From a virus (lineage: Duplodnaviria > Caudoviricetes): a DNA stretch of 64,000 nucleotides. Location of the stretch: positions 51,720 to 115,719 of IMG/VR virus record IMGVR_UViG_3300049009_000811; one strand, given 5' to 3'. The notes beneath the pieces are model-generated. The model made no database searches. It saw nothing but the letters and a program-made list of their open reading frames with translations, and had not been told where the DNA came from. A program made the position numbers and the translations under genes. Below are positions 57,711 through 64,000 of the stretch, one piece after another; position 1 is the first letter of the stretch; every line of letters starts with the position of its first letter.

Positions 57711-58409
57711 ATGCAAAAAACAAATGAACTCATGGTCGAAATGAAGGAAATACTCAAGAACGAGATAGCCGAAAGGCACAGCTATTTCCAGATGAAGTAC
57801 TTCATCATCAACAAAGAGCCAACGATACAGTCGAAGATGTGGCAGTGCCTGAGGGAGATCAAGACGAGACACGAGTCTCTCGAGTCCATAATGCTTGAAA
57901 TTGATGACGGCAAAGACAACTTAGAATTGATCGACATAAACATAGATAAACTAGAGGACACCTTAAGGAAAAGGATCGGCAAAGAGGATTCTAGTTCGGA
58001 ACTCCGAGAAATGGAGATCGGCATCAGGAAACTGAGAAGGAAAAAGGTCTTGTCGGAGAAGAACCTTGAGGTTCTGACCAAGAAGATGAGGCATCTAGAG
58101 GAGGAGGCTAACTTCTTCGTGATAACCTTCGAAAGCCTCAATAAGATAGAGCCGCTGAGGAACTACGACGACATAGATTCCCAGAAGCAATACTGGAACG
58201 AGAAACTTTTGCAGAAGGTAAACTTAAAGATGCTGCTTCACTCGACGGTCGACACGGAGATTATCGAGACCGTCATGGCTTTGCCGGACGACTTGCCGAT
58301 CAAGCAGCAGACGGTGAAGAACCTCGAGTTGAGGCACGGACAGATGGCTCACATCAAGCAGCAAGCGGAAATGTCTCTGGGAAACAAACAGGAGAAGCAT
58401 GGCGACTAG
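57711..58409 (+). CDS. coiled-coil hypothetical protein
   Basis: SD GAGGTG; heptads. Confidence 0.7.
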   Translation: MQKTNELMVEMKEILKNEIAERHSYFQMKYFIINKEPTIQSKMWQCLREIKTRHESLESIMLEIDDGKDNLELIDINIDKLEDTLRKRIGKEDSSSELREMEIGIRKLRRKKVLSEKNLEVLTKKMRHLEEEANFFVITFESLNKIEPLRNYDDIDSQKQYWNEKLLQKVNLKMLLHSTVDTEIIETVMALPDDLPIKQQTVKNLELRHGQMAHIKQQAEMSLGNKQEKHGD

Positions 58410-59448
58410 ACTATCTACGCTCGATTCGGGTTACGCCATAGGAAACCTTTCCGTGTACCCGATAGCCTTGGACAACAAAGAAGTCCTATACGAGGTGAGA
58501 AACAACGCGGAAACCGTGCTGCGTCAATCCGTATCGTTCAACGGCAAATACATCATAGTCGAGAACAACGACAAGTTCCCGGACAAGGGCGTGATCCGTA
58601 TCGGACCGCCTCCGGGGAAATCCGGCAACCACGAATTGGTCTATTACGCCGTCAAGAGCAAGGGTGTTTTCAGCGATTTAGCCAGAGGGTTCGCAGGATC
58701 CAAGCAAACCACTTGGTCGATCAACTCCCATGTCTGCAACGTGGTGGCGGCAGAACACCACAACGCTCTGAGGGACGCGGTCTACAACATAGAGAACAAT
58801 CTCGGCACGTCTTCCAGCCCCTTGCCAACGTCTCTCAACGGAATACTCAAGAAGCAGGAGAACATATTCTTTTCTCCGAAAGCCATATTCAGGGCTCACA
58901 GGATATCCGGGGCGCCTCCACTGAAGGTGAGATTCCAGAATTTCAGCACCGGCAACCTTGTCAGGCATTTCTGGGATTTCGGCGACGGAACGACATCAGT
59001 CGAGAAAAGCCCGACACACACATACCAGAACGAAGGGAACTACACCGTCCAGCTGAACATAGTTTCTAGCCTCGGTGGTCAGGGCGTAATGACGAAGGAC
59101 AACTACATCACCGTCAGCAAGCAGGAAATCAGTTCCTTCTTCTACATAAGACCGATACAGGGCGTCTCGTCAGAAACGGCGGCGCTCGAAAGCACGACGC
59201 CGACAGAGTTCGTCTTCACCGACCAGACTGACGGAGACATAGTGCAGAGATACTGGATCTTCGACGGCGAAGGCACCATAGACGGGATACCGGTCCAGAA
59301 TCAGAGCTATCAGGAAAACAACCCAAACAATCATTCCGTCAAGTTCGTTTACGACAAGAAGGGAAGCTACAGACCTTCCCTCATAGTGGTTCTTGACAAC
59401 TCCTTAAGCAAGAGGACATACCTTACCGAAAGCATAGTGGTGGATTAA
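58399..59448 (+). CDS. PKD-domain tail/fibre protein
   Basis: G.PPL.V.F.N.S....WDFGDGTTS....P.HTY...G.YTV.L. Confidence 0.85.
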   Translation: MATRLSTLDSGYAIGNLSVYPIALDNKEVLYEVRNNAETVLRQSVSFNGKYIIVENNDKFPDKGVIRIGPPPGKSGNHELVYYAVKSKGVFSDLARGFAGSKQTTWSINSHVCNVVAAEHHNALRDAVYNIENNLGTSSSPLPTSLNGILKKQENIFFSPKAIFRAHRISGAPPLKVRFQNFSTGNLVRHFWDFGDGTTSVEKSPTHTYQNEGNYTVQLNIVSSLGGQGVMTKDNYITVSKQEISSFFYIRPIQGVSSETAALESTTPTEFVFTDQTDGDIVQRYWIFDGEGTIDGIPVQNQSYQENNPNNHSVKFVYDKKGSYRPSLIVVLDNSLSKRTYLTESIVVD

Positions 59449-61718
59449 TGACCATACCAGACAAGCCAACGTTCCCAGACAGCATCGATTCGGACAACAC
59501 ATTGTTCCTTGTGCACGACAGTTTGAGGGTCAAGCTGTCCGCCGACTACAATCCCGGAAACACCACCATATCGGTATATGGCGACTACGAGACAATATCA
59601 AGGTTTCCCAGCAGCGGGTTCATAACCCTGACTGAGCAATGCAGCGACGCGGAAGTAAGGGCGTTGTCGTTCTACTACGGAAGCAGAACCGAAGTATCCT
59701 TCGACAATCTCGAGGTGCTTCCTGGCTTCCAGGACGTGGCGAAGCCGAGAGACATAACGAATGTCACTCAGAACGTCATGGCTCAGCACCACAACGCCAT
59801 CAAGGACGCCGTAATAGCAATCGAGCAAACAGCGGGAAAGAAAGGCGATATCGCCTCCCAGCCACTGGTCGGCACTATGGAGGAGAGAACGAACTACGTT
59901 CGCAAGATAGCCCTGGTTCCGAAGGCTTGGTTCACAGCCGACAAGAAGATAGGTCTTACCCCATTGACCGTGGAGTTCAAGGACCTCAGCTTCAGGCTTG
60001 GGACCGATGGAACTTCCGGGGTCATAAGCTACATCTGGGATTTCGGCGACAACACCGGACCATCAATAGTCACCATAAGCACGACAGACGGTCCAGTGAC
60101 CCAAGACAACGTGATCGTGCAAGACATGGACGGCGGCAAAATAAGGAAAGTTTACGCGAAGCCTGGAATATACGACGTGAAACTCACGGTCACAAACGAT
60201 TTCGGATCGGACACTGTGGTTTTCCCGGAGTACATAAACTCCAGGTACGAAGCCCCGGACGAAGCAGTGATAAACTATAACCTAAGGGCGAACCAGATTC
60301 TCACCACGAGCGGAGATCCAGTAAACGGTCCGTACACGACGACGCCGGTTATAAGGACTCCCATAAACACGTTTGTGGACGCAGAAGTTCCGCAGCTTCC
60401 TTCGATCAACCCGAACAACGGCAAGTCTTTCGGCGGAGAGGAACTTTCCGGAGGTGTTCCCATAGATCCGATCGTCAACTACAGCTGGGCTCTGTCCGAC
60501 GATCTGACCCACTCGAACTCGTCTTCCGCCCGGGCTTCCTACAGCATCGGAGGGATATACGACCTCATATTGAGGACCGACACCGCATACGGAGCCTACA
60601 GGATAACGAACTACGAGAACTCCGTCGACGTGGTCGAGAAGTACAACCTTTGGCTGTGGAACTACACGTCTACGGGCGAGGTCAGCAGCTACGAGTTCGG
60701 TCTCATAAGCGAAACATTCAAGACTAACTTCACCAGCCCCTTAACCATAGACGTTGACGAATCCTTCCTTGACGGCGAGCCAAACGAGGAGCAGCAGAAA
60801 AGGGAATTCTCCAGAAACAATGGATTCGCCCCGCGCGGCACAACCCCTTCCGGCAACGGCGGGGTAGGTCTGGTGTTCAACGCCAGCGGAAGGAGTTCGG
60901 TGGAATCCCCTTCGACCGAAACCATAATCGTAAACGAGTTCAACGGTTTCGCCCAGTCATACACTTCCAAAAACCCAGTGTCCAGACCTTGGAACTGGGT
61001 CGAAATGCACAACTCGAACGAACTGTACTTTTTGCTTGGCGGCGTCTCGGCAAGCCAATTGCCGAACACGAGCCTTACGAACCAAGAAAAAACCACCACG
61101 AACCTCCAGAACATGACTTCGTCGAGTTCTACGCTGTCGACTTCGAACTACAAGAACGGAGCCCAGGAGCTAAAGAACAACGAAGTGACTTACGACTCCT
61201 ACGGAGAGCCGCTGCAAGGTCACATGAGCGTCTACAGATCTTGCTGGAAGGACACGGCCGGGTTCTTCCTGCGAAACCAGGGGGTCGGCAACTTCTTCAG
61301 GATAAAAAACTTCTACAAGACTTCCGGCACGGTCTCAGAATTGTTCGTCGACATAAGGAAGATGAACGACATGACTGGTCCAGCCAAGGTCGAGGGTCAA
61401 CTTGTGCCGCTAAGCCAGGGAGTTTATTTCTTCAACAACAGCGGCTCTATATCAGCCTACAACCCGACCACCAATGTCTGGGAGACGGGTGGAACCGGGG
61501 TAAACTCTGCGTCTTTCAGGCTCCTGCAGGACAACACCGTTGTCGGTTTCGACGCGCAATCGCAGACCATGGTCGCATGCTCCGATGGGGAGAAAACAGC
61601 GTTTATAAGCTTTGACTACAGCAACAAGCCATTCATAAAGTTCAACGAGACAAGCCTGACTTTCAGCAGCGTGTCCTACAGACCTACCGGCAAACAATGG
61701 ATTATGAGTATTTTCTAA
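59448..61718 (+). CDS. PKD-domain tail/fibre protein
   Basis: PLTVEF.D.S...WDFGD...Y.KPG.YDVKLTVTN. Confidence 0.85.
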   Translation: MTIPDKPTFPDSIDSDNTLFLVHDSLRVKLSADYNPGNTTISVYGDYETISRFPSSGFITLTEQCSDAEVRALSFYYGSRTEVSFDNLEVLPGFQDVAKPRDITNVTQNVMAQHHNAIKDAVIAIEQTAGKKGDIASQPLVGTMEERTNYVRKIALVPKAWFTADKKIGLTPLTVEFKDLSFRLGTDGTSGVISYIWDFGDNTGPSIVTISTTDGPVTQDNVIVQDMDGGKIRKVYAKPGIYDVKLTVTNDFGSDTVVFPEYINSRYEAPDEAVINYNLRANQILTTSGDPVNGPYTTTPVIRTPINTFVDAEVPQLPSINPNNGKSFGGEELSGGVPIDPIVNYSWALSDDLTHSNSSSARASYSIGGIYDLILRTDTAYGAYRITNYENSVDVVEKYNLWLWNYTSTGEVSSYEFGLISETFKTNFTSPLTIDVDESFLDGEPNEEQQKREFSRNNGFAPRGTTPSGNGGVGLVFNASGRSSVESPSTETIIVNEFNGFAQSYTSKNPVSRPWNWVEMHNSNELYFLLGGVSASQLPNTSLTNQEKTTTNLQNMTSSSSTLSTSNYKNGAQELKNNEVTYDSYGEPLQGHMSVYRSCWKDTAGFFLRNQGVGNFFRIKNFYKTSGTVSELFVDIRKMNDMTGPAKVEGQLVPLSQGVYFFNNSGSISAYNPTTNVWETGGTGVNSASFRLLQDNTVVGFDAQSQTMVACSDGEKTAFISFDYSNKPFIKFNETSLTFSSVSYRPTGKQWIMSIF

Positions 61719-61727
61719 CCCCAAACC

Positions 61728-61735
61728 TATAAATA
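61728..61735 (+). promoter_or_regulatory. T4 late promoter consensus TATAAATA
   Basis: Exact consensus 8 nt upstream of ATG 61744. Confidence 0.65.
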
Positions 61736-61743
61736 AGAGACAA

Positions 61744-64000
61744 ATGCCTAGTAATTTCCCTCCAATACCTGTATATCCGAAAAAGTACGACAATGATCGC
61801 ACTTTGTTCCTGGTGTACAACACATCGGAGACAACAACCACATCCGACAATCATCCGTACGAGGAATCGATCGACATCAAGCCCGTATCATTGGGAAGCA
61901 TGGAAATATGGTCGGAAAACGGGTTTGCGAACATAGACGGGGAGCTTTTCTACTACAACAGCGTGGAGAAAGACGGCAACGGCAAGATCAACAAATTCAA
62001 AAACTGCGTGAGAAACCTCGGAGGCAACAAGACCAAGTTCAACTATTCCGGGTCCGAAGTCAGAGGATTCGTAATAGCGGAGCACCACAACCAGTTGGCT
62101 GACGCCATAATCAAGGTCGAGAAATTCATCGGCTACAACTTCACCGCGGACAAAGAATCGCTTGACTGGAGAATCAGAAATCTCTCAGAGCTGGCAGTCA
62201 TATTCGACGACTTCACCTGTCCAGACGTGACGTTTTTTTTCTCCATAGCATCAACCGATCCGACCATCGGAACCGTCGCGAACTACAATGTCGATGTCGT
62301 CGGGTCTTTCAAGAATTTCAGGATAGACTTCGGAGACGGAAGCTTCACGACGACCGCACTTTCTGGAACGCACACATACGCGGCGAACACCACGATTGAC
62401 CCGGTGATTCAGATAAGCAGCACGAAATGTACGATCATACAGAGTCCGACCGAACGAACCGTATCCTCGGAACCGACGAAGATTGCGACCAGTCCACCGT
62501 TTGAAATCATAATACCTAACATACCAGACATACCTCAGATAAACATACCGAACATAACTTTCCCGACCATAAACGTGCAGCCTCCTCCGATCGTGTTCCC
62601 ATGTTTGGACATAGGACCGCTCGGACCGATAAACATACCTTCAATAATCGTGGTCGACCCTCCGATACCGACGGTTATAAGTTTTGGACCGATACCGAAC
62701 TTCTGCAGCACCATCAATTTCGGACCACTGAATCTGCCCACGAGCATAACCTTCGGACCTTTGGATTTTCCGACGAACATAACCTTCGGACCGCTTGTTT
62801 TTCCATCCGTAATAGATTTCGGTCCGATGCCGACATTCCCAACAACTATAAATTTCGGACCTTTTCCAGTATGCAGCCTTATAAGTTTCGGTCCGATTGA
62901 ATGTCCGACATTGATAAGCTTCGGTCCTTTGGACATACCGACATCGATAACCTTCGGTCCGATAACCATACCGACCCTGATAAGTTTCAGTACGCCAACC
63001 ATACCGACATTGATAAGCTTCGATCCTCCAAACATACCGACATTGATAAGCTTCGATCCTCCAAACATACCGACATTGATAAGCTTCAGTATACCCAGCA
63101 TACCGACATTGATAAACTTCGGTCCGATACCGAATTTTTGTAGCACCATAAACTTCGGACCGATAACCATACCGACATTGATAAGCTTCAGTGTGCCCAA
63201 CATACCGACGTTGATAAGCTTCAGTGTGCCCAACATACCGACGTTGATAAGCTTCGATCCTCCCAATATACCGACCCTGATAAGCTTCGATCTTCCACCG
63301 TCATTCCCGACGATTATAGGTTTCGGACCATTCCCCGTCTGCAGCCTTATAAGTTTCGGTCCAATTGAATGTCCGACATTGATAAGCTTCGGTCCGATAC
63401 CGACATTACCGACGATCATAAATTTCGGTCCAGTGCCGACTTTATCCTTGATAAACTTCGGACCGGTGTCGACATTCCCGACATTGATAAGCTTCGGTCC
63501 GATACCGAATTTTTGTAGCACTATAAGCTTCGGACCGGCACCCAACTTTTCCTTGATAAACTTCGGACCGGTACCGACTTTTTCCTTGATAAATTTCGGT
63601 CCAGTGCCGACTTTTTCCTTGATAAACTTCGGACCGGTGTCGACATTCCCGACATTGATAAGCTTCGGTCCATTCCCCGTGTGTAGCGTTATAAATTTCG
63701 GTCCGTTAACTTGCCCTAGCTTGATAAATTTCGGTCCAGTAGGTTTCTCGAGCGTTATAAATTTCGGACCGGTGTCGACATTCCCAACATTGATAAGTTT
63801 CGGTCCAGTAGGTTTCTCAAGCGTGATAAACTTCGGACCGGTATCTACATTCCCGACATTGATAAGCTTCGGTCCGGCAAGCGTCTCAAGCGTGATAAAT
63901 TTCGGACCGGTGTCGACATTCCCGACATTGATAAGCTTCGGTCCGATACCGAATTTTTGTAGCACCATAAACTTCGGTCCGGTGTCGACATACCCGACAT
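61744..64000 (+). CDS. long repeat fibre-like protein (3' partial)
   Basis: ATG 61744 (MPSNFPPIPVYPKK...), DFGDG PKD-like domain, then Pro/Thr/Ile repeats; no stop before the window end, so absent from the ORF track. Confidence 0.85.
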   Translation, partial: MPSNFPPIPVYPKKYDNDRTLFLVYNTSETTTTSDNHPYEESIDIKPVSLGSMEIWSENGFANIDGELFYYNSVEKDGNGKINKFKNCVRNLGGNKTKFNYSGSEVRGFVIAEHHNQLADAIIKVEKFIGYNFTADKESLDWRIRNLSELAVIFDDFTCPDVTFFFSIASTDPTIGTVANYNVDVVGSFKNFRIDFGDGSFTTTALSGTHTYAANTTIDPVIQISSTKCTIIQSPTERTVSSEPTKIATSPPFEIIIPNIPDIPQINIPNITFPTINVQPPPIVFPCLDIGPLGPINIPSIIVVDPPIPTVISFGPIPNFCSTINFGPLNLPTSITFGPLDFPTNITFGPLVFPSVIDFGPMPTFPTTINFGPFPVCSLISFGPIECPTLISFGPLDIPTSITFGPITIPTLISFSTPTIPTLISFDPPNIPTLISFDPPNIPTLISFSIPSIPTLINFGPIPNFCSTINFGPITIPTLISFSVPNIPTLISFSVPNIPTLISFDPPNIPTLISFDLPPSFPTIIGFGPFPVCSLISFGPIECPTLISFGPIPTLPTIINFGPVPTLSLINFGPVSTFPTLISFGPIPNFCSTISFGPAPNFSLINFGPVPTFSLINFGPVPTFSLINFGPVSTFPTLISFGPFPVCSVINFGPLTCPSLINFGPVGFSSVINFGPVSTFPTLISFGPVGFSSVINFGPVSTFPTLISFGPASVSSVINFGPVSTFPTLISFGPIPNFCSTINFGPVSTYPT
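62660..64000 (+). repeat. degenerate 30-36-bp coding tandem repeats (PTLISFGP..)
   Basis: Recurrent CCGACATTGATAAGCTTCGGTCC / ATAAATTTCGGACC units. Confidence 0.9.

Noticed and set aside
62535-63968. 477-aa minus-strand ORF
   Set aside because: Antisense shadow of the plus-strand repeat gene, which has the promoter, start and PKD domain.
62660-64000. CRISPR-like periodic repeats
   Set aside because: Units are degenerate, in-frame multiples of 3, lack unique spacers and encode a protein repeat; no cas genes are present.
1-64000. Genome-wide stop-codon reassignment
   Set aside because: TGA, TAG and TAA all end well-defined genes and long genes are intact in code 11; only one in-frame TGA was noticed.
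1-64000. tRNA/rRNA genes
   Set aside because: No cloverleaf with a T-loop GTTCRA and matching acceptor stem was recognised in intergenic gaps by eye; tRNAscan would be needed to exclude them.

Overview
This window looks like a segment of a large T4-like, contractile-tailed (jumbo-type) phage genome, about 55-58% GC by eye, read with the standard genetic code. The host may be a planctomycete, inferred only from the style of the IscA/ErpA, RNAP alpha-CTD and HExxH exported proteins. The left half (1-31.7 kb) is accessory and head-cargo genes. These include glycan-decorating enzymes (two GT9-like paralogues, an O-acetyltransferase, SAM methyltransferases, a sulfotransferase, a DxD glycosyltransferase), an HNH nuclease, a P-loop kinase, IscA/ErpA, ClpP and a catalytically degenerate CCA/poly(A) nucleotidyltransferase. 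Many of these proteins carry T4-like capsid-targeting leaders. The right half (31.8-64 kb) is a tail module: gp2-like end protector, a 3917-aa tape measure, tube initiator, gp53/hub/gp5/gp25/gp6/gp7-like baseplate genes, a SET-domain protein, and PKD-containing fibre proteins ending in a Pro/Thr-rich repeat protein that runs off the window. The most striking system is a modular C5-cytosine methyltransferase array. It has two multi-TRD enzymes, each with a nested alternative-frame (M.EcoHK31I-beta-like) gene that has its own SD site, plus three free-standing, apparently expressed TRD+motif IX/X mini-genes. GGCC is strongly avoided across the window. All assignments come from motif recognition by eye; no database searches were run.
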